A stretch of 64,000 bases of DNA, taken from assembly GCF_006345805.1 (NCBI RefSeq), contig NC_042998.1:131564001-131628000 (forward strand), in the 5' to 3' direction. Position 1 is the first letter of the stretch. Each line of letters begins with the position of its first letter. Positions 41,601 through 53,534 of the stretch are shown one piece after another. Source of the DNA: Octopus sinensis. Taxonomy: Eukaryota. Made by a program: the position numbers and the translations under genes. The notes beneath the pieces are model-generated. The model worked only from the letters and a program-made list of their open reading frames with translations, was not told the DNA's origin and made no database searches.

Positions 41601-42229
41601 ATCTGCACAGTCGGCCTAGACGGGATCCATAGGCAGGGCTCCAGAAGCTGGACACCTCTTTCCCAGTGCATCAAACTTTCAGAAACCGAGTTAGAAAGCT
41701 AGTCCATCAGAAACTGGTAGGCGCAATCGTCAACAACCGTTGGTGGATAGCCCTAGAAGGGGCTATTAGAGTAGAGGCAGTAGGATTTATTAAGGAACTA
41801 GCCTTAAAGGAATCTAGGATAGAGGGAGAGCTAGTTAGGAAACTAGAAGAGGCGCTTAGGAGCGGCTTTGCAACCGACGTGATGGCGGCGAAATTGACTC
41901 TTGATCAATTTTTCAATGCCAAGCACGAAGATTGCTTTGTCAGAGCTAGAGCGCGTACTCTAAGACATGAGGAGCCAAAGCTGTTTGATGGGCCCGGACA
42001 GAGGGGCAACGTGGCAACAAAGCTACAATTCGGTCTTTGTCGGGCCAGGACACGAGTCCAAGCAGATATGTACGGAAATTCAACAGCACTTCGCCGAACC
42101 GTTCGAGGCAGATGGTGTGTCGGGGATGGAGATGGATTTCACCTCCTACCACGCCGGCATGCCGTGCCTTTCGGCCAGGGATGCGGAGTTCTGCTAAATG
42201 CCGATAACAGCCGAAGACATATGGGACGC
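38625..42229 (+). mobile_element. Tx1/L1-clade LINE, 5' portion (5' UTR, ORF1, APE endonuclease, linker), 3'-truncated before RT
   Basis: Broken ORF1 from 38882 with knuckle VTIESTRP*YHLCGATGHSRVFC (decayed CCHC). ORF2 start MVCLRVGSINVLGLGSPWKQGCLLNDLRSL...SETRI at 40932. EN C-terminal GYTDHKSV. Linker WWIALEGAIR...FVRARAR. Confidence 0.88.
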
Positions 42230-42316
42230 CATGAAAGGCAAAGTTGATCTCGGTGAAATTTAAACTCAGAACCGCCAAGCATTTCGTCCAGCATGCTAAC
42301 AATTCTGTCAGCTCGC
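42230..42316 (-). mobile_element. SINE family B 5' fragment
   Basis: Reverse complement GCGAGCTGACAGAATTGTTAGCATGCTGGACGAAATGCTT...GAGTTTAAATTTCACCGAGATCAACTTTGCCTTTCATG. Confidence 0.8.
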
Positions 42317-42350
42317 AATAATAATAATAATAATAACAATAATAATAATA

Positions 42351-43125
42351 CTTTCTTTACTGGCCACCAGGGCGAACACAAAACATAGATGACGATACAT
42401 AGACGAAGACAATGAGGTTAAACGTGTAAAGAGCGGCCCCAATAGTGGTGAGTTCAACCGTAAGCTGACCAAAGAGACCTAACGCAGTTTGAACCCCTTA
42501 ACACCAACAGCACCTCAGAAAGGCACCCTCTCTTCTCTCGTTCATCCGGCCTACAGGCTTAGAGTAGGTCCATTCACGCGAGTCATTCTTGCTACATTCA
42601 CCCACCTTTCAACGAACTTACTGGGTGACAGTACCTCCCTCTCCAGCCTCTCTTTCCTTTTCGGATGGAAGCGGAAAAAGTCAATGAGACATTGGCCAAA
42701 TAGGAAGGAACCCGTCTTCATGACTTTCAATCGCATCCACCACACAACCCCTTTTGCCATAGCCACCAGACAGGGAAAAAGTGCCCTCCTTTCCCGGCCA
42801 AAGGAAGGAGGCGAGGAGATCTTCACAATCTTGGACGATAGCTTGACACACCGGGAAGGATGCGTTCAGCTTCAAGTATCCGGGTCCCTGCCTATAGAGC
42901 CTATCTAGGTCAACCGTACAGATCACAAATTTATGGTCTGTGATTGGCGAATTCAAATTGTGGACAACCTATGTTATAGAGTAAAGAATATTTACCAACA
43001 TAAAATGGTAGTCCTGGTTTAGGACGAATGTTGCTGTAATTTATGCTATTCCTATCTGCTGGCCTACAAAATACCCTATCTACATAAGATCTGGATGACC
43101 CGACACTGTTTGCCCATGTCTACAC
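42351..43125 (-). mobile_element. Internally deleted Tx1-clade copy (EN C-terminus fused to ORF2 C-terminus, no RT)
   Basis: TDHKFVICTVDLDRLYRQGPGYLKLNAS joins at about 42856 to SSPPSFGRERRALFPCLVAMAKGVVWWMRLK...ERWVNVARM. 3' terminus GCCCTGGTGGCCAGTAAAGAAAG. (TAA)n on both flanks. Confidence 0.85.
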
Positions 43126-43131
43126 TGAAGT

Positions 43132-43167
<36 letters not shown>

Positions 43168-43756
43168 TAGTAATGGTAATGAGCACTGTCGTCCTGACTG
43201 ATGCGATAAAAATATACAAAACCATGCAATGCTGATTTACGCTGCTAGTGTATATAAATGGAAGTATGTATGAAAGTATACATGCATCGCTTGGCCCGTG
43301 GTGGTTGAAACAAACTAAATAACGAACATACTCACATGCACATATATGCATACACGCGTACACGTGCACACATGTATATGAACGGAAGAAAAGAGAAAAA
43401 GCCTTTTTCATAGTAGAGCTGTCTCAGCTTTGTATATTAATACGTGTTCTGCATAGAAATTGTACGCACTGAACTAGACATATACTTAAACCTTACACAA
43501 CCGCATATAGAGATACGTATACGTATGTTTCATGCGATTTTGTGTGTGATTGTATAAGTGTGTGGTTGTGTATGCGTCTATGTGATTGTGTGTGCGTTTG
43601 TGTGTATGCCTCTTTGCTTGCATGTTATGACTACATGCTAACGTATAAATACGCTTCTATGTAACTAGCGTAGCTACATATACTCGCATACATACATATA
43701 CATACTTTTACATATACTTACATATATGTATATGCATATGTATGTAATTATATCAC

Positions 43757-43798
<42 letters not shown>

Positions 43799-43829
43799 TA
43801 TATAATATATATAATATATATGTGGTGTG

Positions 43830-43871
<42 letters not shown>

Positions 43872-44449
43872 TGTATATGTATATATATATATATATACTT
43901 GCATACATACATGCACGCGTATTCGCTGCGCATGCACACATGCATGTAGTGTGTGTTTGGATAACTGCATGTGTGTGAGCGCGTTTAGTTCCTTTAATGT
44001 CATAAATACAGTGACATATGTTCACAGTTGAATACATTTCGCCTCTGCTTGATCGTGTTCTAACAAAGCCCCAGGATGCATAGTACATACAAATGACAAA
44101 AGCTGTTACCTCACACCTGATGATTTTCACCAGAGATGCGTATTCAGGTCTTCGCTAACACCGCCTTAACAAAAGAAAAGCAAAACCTATACACTGGAAC
44201 CAATCAGTATGTACACGATGTCAGTAAAACAGTAGGAGGATCCAAGAAACTAGTGACTGTGTAAAAAAAATTCATAAACCCGAATGAATTAATTTGCCGT
44301 GAATAGTTTTATACAAGATGCAGTCTACTGCACATTGTTACGTCAGCTGCAGGCTTAATCATTCGCCATTGCATAAAGGCTTACATGCATTTGCTAACAC
44401 ACACACACACACACACATATGAGTATAAGTATACGGGTATGTATAAACT

Positions 44450-44700
44450 GCAAGTGGCGTAGTGGTTAAGATGTTGTGGTTTACGATCGTTAGCAGGTGG
44501 GTGTGGGTTTGATTTTTCAAAAGAGGTGACACGTGTATCTTTGAGCGTGGCACACTTTTCATGCTGTTCTAGCCCACTCAATTGAAAACGAATACGCGCC
44601 ACAGGTTAACCCTTCGACACACTCGCGTCCAAGGACAAACGCAGAGAAGACTTATCCCTCAGTATTGAAGGTCTTGTATACTGAGATATGGTTCGACTTA
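44450..44700 (+). mobile_element. Degenerate tRNA-headed SINE
   Basis: A-box TGGCGTAGTGGTTAAG, B-box-like GGTTTGATTT and GTATCTTTGAGCGTGGCACACTT. Confidence 0.5.
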
Positions 44701-44799
44701 ATGAGCTTATAGGATCGAGTACAAGCTATACACACACACACACACTATATATATATATATATATATATCTATATAATATATATATTATATATCTATATA

Positions 44800-44872
<73 letters not shown>

Positions 44873-45245
44873 ATATAATATATACATACATTCATTCGAC
44901 GGGTTGGTGAAAATGTTCTGGCTTTGAGTAAAAGAAAATATAGGACGATCAATTAATTATGATTTTATTCAACTTATTCCATTCTCAGGATCACACCTAT
45001 TGCAGCGATCCTTCAGTTTTTTTTAAGCCCTGTAAAATAATTTGGAAGGTTGGGCCTCCAGCCAGGCCTTTCCCGACACCCTTAAAGCCAGGAACTTTTC
45101 AACACTCCTTCCCTCCCTCTCTCTCTCTCTTTATATATATAATATATAATATATATATATAGTCTATAACAGATTTTGTTTCCCATTATACCCATAGTGA
45201 GAGCGTTACCCTCAAAGAAAATATTCTTTGTATAGATTTATAATA

Positions 45246-45630
45246 TACTAGCAGTATCACCGGTGTTGCGCGGGTTTACTTCGACCCTTTAGAATTGGAA
45301 TTTTTGAAAAGTAAAAATTTTGCATTATGTAGCTTGTTATTCTCTTTAAGTGAGCATTTTTCTGGTTGAAATACATCGAAAAATGGCGAAAAAGCAGTCA
45401 AAGCATCGTAAAAAATAGGGATTTTCATAGAAAAAAAAGCACCTATTTGATGTTAATAATTTTTGGTCTTAACATGGTCCGATTTGAATTTTTTCTTCTA
45501 CGGAATGAAGAGCAAGCCATCTACTCTCAATTTCGGTCAACTTGCGCCGCATGGTCTCACAGGAGATAGTGTTAGTTGAAGGCTACCAAACCTGCCACAC
45601 ACAGACAACTTCAGCTTTATATATATAGAT
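45246..45630 (+). mobile_element. Probable non-autonomous Helitron-type element
   Basis: 5' TACTAGCAGTATCACCGGTGTTGCGCGGG and 3' CAGACAACTTCAGCTTTATATATATAGAT resemble, from memory, the termini of short invertebrate Helitron/Helentron-associated repeats. No TSD. Confidence 0.55.
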
Positions 45631-45649
45631 TGTTCGCGTCTAGGTATGG

Positions 45650-45900
45650 CCGAATGATCGAGAAATTCGCATTCACCTATGGAATCTCAGTTTAATCCTT
45701 TGCAGGGTATCTTGGAATGGCGTCATTTACTTTTGCCCGTGTCGATTCATACACTGTCAGTGAAATTGGTTACATGAGATGCCGTTAAGCTGTAATTCAA
45801 AAGGTAGAATCTCGCCACACTATGCCACGCTGATTCTGTCTCAAAATAACGCTGATGGGTACGTGTCTGTGGAATGGTCAGTTACTTTCGCATTTACGCA
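45650..45900 (+). mobile_element. Degenerate SINE family D
   Basis: CTGTAATTCAAA...CACGCTGA...GGGTAC.TGTCTGTGGA.TG.TCAG shared with 51270-51380. Confidence 0.55.
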
Positions 45901-45914
45901 GGAGCAGGTAATTC

Positions 45915-46120
45915 ATTTATTTTTTTCTTGTTTCTGTCATTAGACTTCGGCCATGCTGTAGCACATCTCTGGAAAATTTAATTGACTACAGTACATTCTT
46001 TTATAAGCCTGGTACTTATTCCATCGGTTTCTTTTGCCGAATTGCTAAGGAAGTATAAACACTTCAACACCAGTCGTCAAACGACACTGGGAACAGACAC
46101 AAACACAAAGACACGCACAC
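45915..46120 (-). mobile_element. SINE family A 3' half
   Basis: GTCATTAGACTTCGGCCATGCTG...GGTACTTATTCCATCGG...TTGCCGAA...CACCAGTCGTCAA. Confidence 0.75.
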
Positions 46121-46545
46121 AGTATAACCAACCGAGACTGCAAAGATGATCTTGGAACTTGACTGACGAAAGAAAACTCGAATGACCCGTCCTTGTTAAT
46201 TCATGACCCTTTTTGTATCATCTAACTGTCAGGATGTTTTGTTGTCGCCTGTTGCGTTCTTGTCTCATTTTATGTATTCTTTACTATATACATATAGCGG
46301 CATACGTAAATTTTGGTCTCGTATATGTAAGTACATATATATATATATCTTCTGCCCGAACATAAAGTGCGCTGGCCAAACAACTACTACTACTACTGCT
46401 ACTACTGCTGCTGCTGCTGCTTCTACTGCTGCTGCTACAACTTGTAGTAGTGGTATATTAAAAAAGAATTCAAGAGGTTATTCGAAGCATGTGTCTATGA
46501 ATGCGAGTGTGTGTATATGTGTGTGATAGTTCGTCGCCACATGTG

Positions 46546-46587
<42 letters not shown>

Positions 46588-46632
46588 TCTCTTCATATAT
46601 ATACATGTATGTGTGTGTGGTGTGTAGGTTGT

Positions 46633-46732
46633 NNNNNNNNNNNNNNNNNNNNNNNNNNNNNNNNNNNNNNNNNNNNNNNNNNNNNNNNNNNNNNNNNNNN
46701 NNNNNNNNNNNNNNNNNNNNNNNNNNNNNNNN
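46633..46732. other. Scaffold gap (100 N)
   Basis: Exactly 100 Ns, a placeholder of unknown true size, flanked by microsatellite-rich sequence. Confidence 0.99.
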
Positions 46733-47894
46733 TATAATGCAAACCTGCACCGCTAGTAAAGCGGTGATAAGCACAAACACAAGTACTTGCCCGACTACCC
46801 TAGCACACGCGCATATATATAGAGATAAATATAGATAGATAGATAGATAGACAGATAGATAGATAAATAGATAGATAGATATATATACATACATACTCAT
46901 ACACATATTATATACACACACACACACACACACTCACACATGCACATACGCATGCACACACATACGCACACACACATACACACACACAGACACACGCATA
47001 CATATAGAGAGATAAATAGATATAGATAGATGGATAAATAGATAGATATACACACATACTCATACATATATATATATATATATACACTCACACATACACA
47101 TACGCACACATACACACGCACACACATACGCACACGCACGACACGCACAACAAACACACCACACAACACAACACACACACACACATATATATATAATATA
47201 TATATATAATTATATATATATATATATATAATGTTATATATATAATATATATACACACACACGCATAGAGTCAGCTACCACATATTTTCCGTCGCAAAAT
47301 TCACTGACAAGGCATTTACCGAAGACCGAGGTGTCGTGTTGTCGAATCTGAACTCGAAACAACTCACTGACAGACGTAAGCTTCCTAACCGCACAAAGTA
47401 CTAGTGCATATCATTATACTAATTTTAACGAGCGTTCAAGCAGACTCTCCATTATAATATAATAAATATTTTCATTTTTCTTGGGGGAAGTTCATTCAAG
47501 CTGGTGAAACCCATCTTGGCGTGGATAAACCCAGCAACTGTTATGCAGTAGAATTCTTCTGCTCTGTAACTAAGTCCCAACGCCAATCGACAGAGGTTGC
47601 TAAAGCTGGAAATTATTTCTAACGTCTTCCTACTTTGAATTCTTCATACAGAATGCGGTCTTTTTCCTCTTATTAGTGTAGTATCTTATATCATACGCAC
47701 GACATACCATCTTTCTTTTCCTACTACTTCATAGAATAGTTTACTGGGGGGGGGGGGTTTTTAATATTTACTATGAGGTGTAGTAGTTATTATTTATAGC
47801 TTAATGTATTGGATTTCCTCGAAAAGGAGAAAAATAAGTTATTCTATTAAGTAGTTGGGAAAGGGAAGATTATATATCATTCAAACGGTACAAG

Positions 47895-47930
<36 letters not shown>

Positions 47931-47974
47931 TGTGTGTGTGTGTGTGTGTGTTATGTATGTATGTATATATATGC

Positions 47975-48100
<126 letters not shown>

Positions 48101-48420
48101 ATAAATAGATAGATCATATGCTTATACACACACACAAACACATATATATGGTATGTATATATTTGTGTGTGTGTTTAAGTCAAACTTAAAATCAAACAGT
48201 TATGGTTTAGAAAGTAGGCGTTAAATGCAGTATTGAAACCTTGTTCCAGGGTAAGTCTCAGATAGTGTGTCTGCAGAACAATATTCACCACTTATGGCTA
48301 CCAGGTGTCATCAGCGATATTGTAGCAAACTGATCTGAACTGCTAGAATCTCACACCACCACCATATAACTTGAAGCGAAATCGAAATGTAAATCTGTGA
48401 ACACGTGAAGCAACTTATGT

Positions 48421-48532
48421 CACCTGAGGATGGCTCTTTTGCGATGTGCGTTGCATCTGGTGTTATTACATAGTTTCACACCCACTAGGGAGTAGTGCAG
48501 TATGAAGCCGAAACGACTGTTGTACTAATAAA
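48421..48532 (+). ncRNA. Hammerhead-like motif with canonical core and long loop II (probably decayed)
   Basis: CAC-CTGAGGA-T-GGCT...AGCC-GAAAC-GACT-GT-T-GTA, followed by AATAAA. Stem I is only 2 bp. Confidence 0.4.
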
Positions 48533-48569
48533 TGCTTCTAGTTACCACACCGTTTTCTGTATTAATATC

Positions 48570-48600
<31 letters not shown>

Positions 48601-48602
48601 GT

Positions 48603-48857
48603 ACGAGAAAGAAGCAACAAGAATGGATTAGTTTTTAGTTCAATTGTTTCATACAAAGACAGGCTTTATTACAAGTTGCAAAAATTGCACCAGATAAAAG
48701 TCTCCCGTACTCATCAGCTAAAATACTCATCAGCTAAATCAGCTGATGAGTACGGGACACTTTTATCTGCTGCAATTTTTGCAAGTTGTAATAAAGCCTG
48801 TCTTTGTATGAAACAATTGTACTAAAAACTAATCCATTCTTGTTGCTTCTTTCTCGT
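48603..48857. repeat. Foldback palindrome, 117-bp arms, 21-bp spacer
   Basis: 48603-48719 versus the reverse complement of 48741-48857: 4 mismatches by manual alignment. Confidence 0.95.
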
Positions 48858-49004
48858 TTATAATCACCCCACATTACTGTATGGTTAACACCATATAGTT
48901 TTTCTGGTGCATCTAAGTTAAGTACCACATTCAAGTAAATTCATTGGAATTGACTTGAATCTTAATTGCTTTGATATATATATATATATATATATATAGT
49001 GAAC

Positions 49005-49190
49005 AAAGAGAAAACACAAGAACGCGGGGAGGTGGAACAAGTATAGTGTTATTGAACGCTCAGAAAAGGAATAAAAGGAGGAGGATTTAACGTTCCGAGC
49101 AGAGCTCTTTGTCAGAAACATAGAAAAAGAAAAGGTTCAAGGAAGAGAAGACGGAGAAAGAAAATCGCCAACGATACACACGCGGTCACA
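49005..49190 (-). mobile_element. Family E-related repeat with A6-type hammerhead-like motif (49085-49119)
   Basis: Reverse complement GTTT-CTGACAA-A-GAGC-TCT-GCTC-GGAAC-GT-T-AAAT, then TTCTGAGCGTTCAATAACACT as in family E. Confidence 0.65.
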
Positions 49191-49372
49191 TATTGAAAAA
49201 TATATATATGAGTATAAATATTTTCAGTTCTCTAGTCATTATATCATGCTACGGTACTATATTCACCCCACATGGCTGAGTTGGGCGGTTAGATATAATG
49301 TATACGCGGGAAATGCATGTATATATTGGTGTTTGTATGCAGAAATTTTTCGGTATGTATATGTATTTTTCG

Positions 49373-49410
49373 CTTTACACTCGATAATATATATATTATC
49401 GAGTGTAAAG
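49373..49410. repeat. Perfect 38-bp palindrome
   Basis: CTTTACACTCGATAATATATATATTATCGAGTGTAAAG equals its own reverse complement. Confidence 0.97.
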
Positions 49411-49642
49411 TAAAATTTTTATTTCAGAGCACGAAATCTTAAGATATAGGATTATCCGAAGTTTTGTAAATCTACTTGTTCATTACCTCGCATTCGGCCT
49501 TGGTTGTGAATAGAGAATAAATTTAGAGTGACTTGTAGACATTTGGCATCTGCTTCTAGCGTTTAGGCGTTGGTGATCCAGCGCCCTTAATTATAATTCA
49601 AATTTTATAATTATATACTTAAAAAAAAAAGAAATATATATA

Positions 49643-49934
49643 AGGCGCTAGGAGTGGCTGTGTGGTAAGAAGCTTGCTTCCCAACCACATTGTTCCGAGT
49701 TCAGTCCCTCGGGCAAGTGTCTTCTACTATATCCTCGGACCGACCAAAGCCTTGTGGGAGGATTTGGTAGCTGAGAATTGAAAGAAGCCCGTCGTATATG
49801 TGCATGTGTGTGTGTGTGTGTGCGTGTGTGTGTGCGTGTGTGTGTGTGTGTTTGTCCCCCACCATCACTTGACAACTGATGCTGGTGTGTTCACGTCTCC
49901 GTAAATTAGCGGTTCGGTAAAAGATCGATAGAAT
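49643..49934 (+). mobile_element. SINE family A, 3'-truncated
   Basis: AGGCGCTAGGAGTGGCTGTGTGGTAAG...(TG)n...GCGGTTCGGTAAAAGATCGATAGAAT. Confidence 0.9.
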
Positions 49935-49959
49935 GAAAACTTATTTATTGTAAGCTTAT

Positions 49960-50064
49960 TACTTATTCTATCGGTCGCTAAGGCCGAACCGCAAAGTTAC
50001 GGGGACGTAAACACACCAACATCGGTTGTCAAGCGATGTTGGAGGCACAAACACAGACACACAA

Positions 50065-50102
<38 letters not shown>

Positions 50103-50325
50103 ATTATATATGTGTGTGTGTGTGCGTGTGCGTGTATGTGTGTGTGTGTGTATGTGTGTATACGACGGGATTCTTTAAGTTTCTGTCTAGCAAATACACT
50201 CACAAGGCTTTGGTCGCCTCGAGGCTATAGTAGAAGACACTTGCCCAAGGTGCGTCGCAGTGGGACTGAACCTAGAACATGTGATTGGGAAGCAAGCTTC
50301 TTTTCACACACCCACGCTTGCGCCT
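49960..50325 (-). mobile_element. SINE family A, 3'-truncated, tail-to-tail with the previous copy
   Basis: TACTTATTCTATCGG...GAAGACACTTGCCCAAGGTG...GCTTGCGCCT. Confidence 0.9.
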
Positions 50326-50794
50326 ATATATATATATATACATGCACACATGCCGCGCGCACACACACACAAATAAAAATACGAGCCAAAGTACTCAATG
50401 TATGAAATATCATCAATGGCATGTTTTTTTTATTTACACCGTTACTCCGAGTTTTGTTTTAGATCATTGCAAAACGATTATTCATGCTATTAAAATATAG
50501 AAGCTTATTCAGGTAATGAACAGTGGGTCCATAAGAGGTTTATAAACACTGAGATTCTTAGATATAAATGCTTGTAACATAAAATTAACATTTAAAATAT
50601 TTAAGATGTAATAGGTTGCAAAGCGTCTAGTTATAAGGGAAGGCATAAAAATAGTACTGGCGACACGTTTCATTTTGACCAAATAAGGTTGTGCATGAGA
50701 ATTTTGAACTTCAGAGAAACAGTAAAGCAAAACCCTGAGTAACATCGATGTAAAACCTGCTCCAATCATTTCAGTGTGTGTACATGGTGGTTTG

Positions 50795-50875
<81 letters not shown>

Positions 50876-51130
50876 TGTTGTCTATACGTGCCCGAAGATC
50901 ATCTGTAACCAACAACAGAATCGTTCTTTCGAAAATGGCCGTTCAAGATTGATAGGTTCTCTTGTGTGTTTTTGGCAAACTTCACCAACAAAGATGCTCA
51001 TGTAGAAGACCGTCTTTACAGCATGAGAAGCCCTGAAGAAATCAATGCACTGGGTTCTATAGCATTTATTTATTTGCTGCCAGTATATCTACACACTTTC
51101 CCGAATGTACTGTGTGTTATGCAAATGAAT

Positions 51131-51452
51131 GTGCGTAGCGTAAAGGTTAAGATATTCGGCTCACGATCGTAGGGTCGTGAGTTCGTTTCCTGGCGGTGCA
51201 TTGCGCCCTAGATCAAGTCACTTTTTCCATCTGCTCCAGTTCACTCATCTGGCATAAAAAAAAAGTTGTACCTGTAATTCAAATGGGCTAGCTTTTTTAC
51301 ATTAAGTGTCATGCTGAATCTCCCCGATAACTACGTTAAGGGTACTCTTGTCTATGGAGTGCTCAGCCACTTGCGCGTTTATTTCACCAAATGGCTGTTC
51401 CGTTGATCGGATCAACTGAAACCCACGTCGCCGTAACCGAAGGAGGGACAAT
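51131..51452 (+). mobile_element. tRNA-derived SINE family D, full length
   Basis: Head GTGCGTAGCGTAAAGGTTAAG, B-box GAGTTCGTTTCC, GCTCCAGTTCACTCA block, and 3' CGTTGATCGGATCAACTGAAACCCACGTCGCCGTAACCG. Confidence 0.8.
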
Positions 51453-53495
51453 ATGTTATGGAATCTTTTGTCATGAATTTTTTGTTGACAGGCAAACCCA
51501 CGCGTGAAACGATATATACCACAACAGATATTGCAGACTAAGTTTATACCATCTAATTCACAGTCTACGCATTCGTGCCGTTCTCTAAAATTCTGTAGAG
51601 AAAATGCAAGCGTTTTCAAAAACATGCGTAACATCCTTTATCTATTTTCTCCATTTGTGATGATCAAAAGCATTTCTTTCGTAGTTGATTTTTATTTATT
51701 TCAAATGCTATCAAGGTATGATTTCAAGATTTCAACTCGTTCAAGAGTCAGATAGTTGGATAGAATGCCATCTCATTCAAGTTGGCATTCTAACCAACGA
51801 TCAAACAGCTCCTTCAGTTCGTTTTGTGTGCGCGTTTATATGTGCGTATGTGTGTGTATGTGTGTGTGTGTGTGTTGTGTGTGTGTGTGTGTTGTGTGTG
51901 TGTGGTGTGTGTGCTTGTCCGTCCGTGTGTCCTTCTCGTTCGGGGGTAGTAGCAATTGCTGCGTGGTTTTGTTTTGCTTCTCTTGAAAAATGGAGATAAT
52001 TTCAGTGAAACAATAATTCATTTTGTAAGATATTTAATAGAACCTTTATTGTCCAAATCCATGCCACTGGTCCCTGTGAGCTTTTCTCTTACTTCATTTC
52101 CCACTAAATTGTGAAAATGACCTATATCGTAAACCTTCTCCACGATTTTAGTATATACCTATATTTTAGGTCACGGTAGACCCGTTGCCATGCTGATGAC
52201 GTCGTCCCAACTGTCCACTTGTCACCAGAAAATCAGTCCATTCATTAACGCTATGGTAATCCTGGAGAATTACTGACTCTTTGATCTTCTGATGTCAGGC
52301 GAAGCTAATCGCAATTGTCTCAAGATATTGGTTAACCTTCTCTTGAAACGGAAGATTGTTGCAATAACACAATTTATCTTGTATGATAGTGTAGCTTTCT
52401 TCATTAGCATTATGTGTGGCGAGGAGGGTATTTGTCAGGGTGTGTGCGCGGGAGGATGTGCGTGTGTGCACGGAGGAGGGTGTGCGCGTGCGCAATTGTC
52501 CATGTGTGCGTGTGTTTATGTATTCGTATGTCATAATGATGTTTATATATGAATGCGTCTATTCATGACTCCCTTCCTCTCTACCCTCTCCTTCTCCTTC
52601 CCCATCTCTCCCCCACTCACGTTCTCTCTCACCCTTTCTCTCTCCCTCATTTTCTCTTACCTTCACCCCCTCTCCCTCTCTTATATATATATATATATAT
52701 ATAGTGTGTGTGCGTGTTTATGGTTGTATGCTATGTATATACAATTGGGTACATGTATATGTGTAGAGATACGGCTTGTACATAACAGTATGTGCGTTTA
52801 TGTGTATGTTTGTATGCGTGTTTCTGTGTGTGTGTGTGTGTGTGTGTATGTGTGTGTGTGTGTGTGCGTGTCTGTGTGTGTAAGTTTACTGTAACAGTAG
52901 CTGTAGAGTCGAAGAGGTTCATATACAGTTAAAATAACAAAAGGTATTCACCCGTGTGACATTAGCATCCACCCCACAGTAGATATGTATCTACTGTACA
53001 CTCTGATGCACTGGAATATACTGTCACAAACGCACATACGTCACACATACATACATACGTACATAGATGTTGGTGTATGTATATATGTATGCAGTCATGC
53101 GTGTACGTAATACTTGTGTTGCAGGAACCCCGTAAATAAGGAGCATTTTTTAGCTTTTACTGTATTTAAACACACACATACACACAGATATGTATGTATG
53201 TATGTATGTATGTATGTCTGTATGTATGTATGTATGTATATATGTATGTATGAAAGCATGCATGTACGTATATGATGTGTATATACACATTTTTACTACT
53301 CCTGATATGGGAGTGTTATCTACATATAAGTATATATATATATATATATATATACACATGTAATTATATATATACATATATAAATATACAGTATGCATAC
53401 GTATATATATATATATGTATATATATATATCATATATATGTGAATATATATACATACATATAGACACATATATATATATGTATGTATACATTCAT

Positions 53496-53534
<39 letters not shown>

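Noticed and set aside
46633-46732. Any structural relationship spanning the N run
   Set aside because: It is a 100-N placeholder, so true distance and adjacency are unknown.
48741-48765. CTGATGAGTACGGG as a hammerhead core within the palindrome
   Set aside because: No GAAA or stem II partner follows.
52170-52256. Candidate exon TTTTAG|GTCACGG...GCTATG|GTAATC with one open frame
   Set aside because: The donor is mediocre, there is no homology, and no linked exon is found on this side of the gap.
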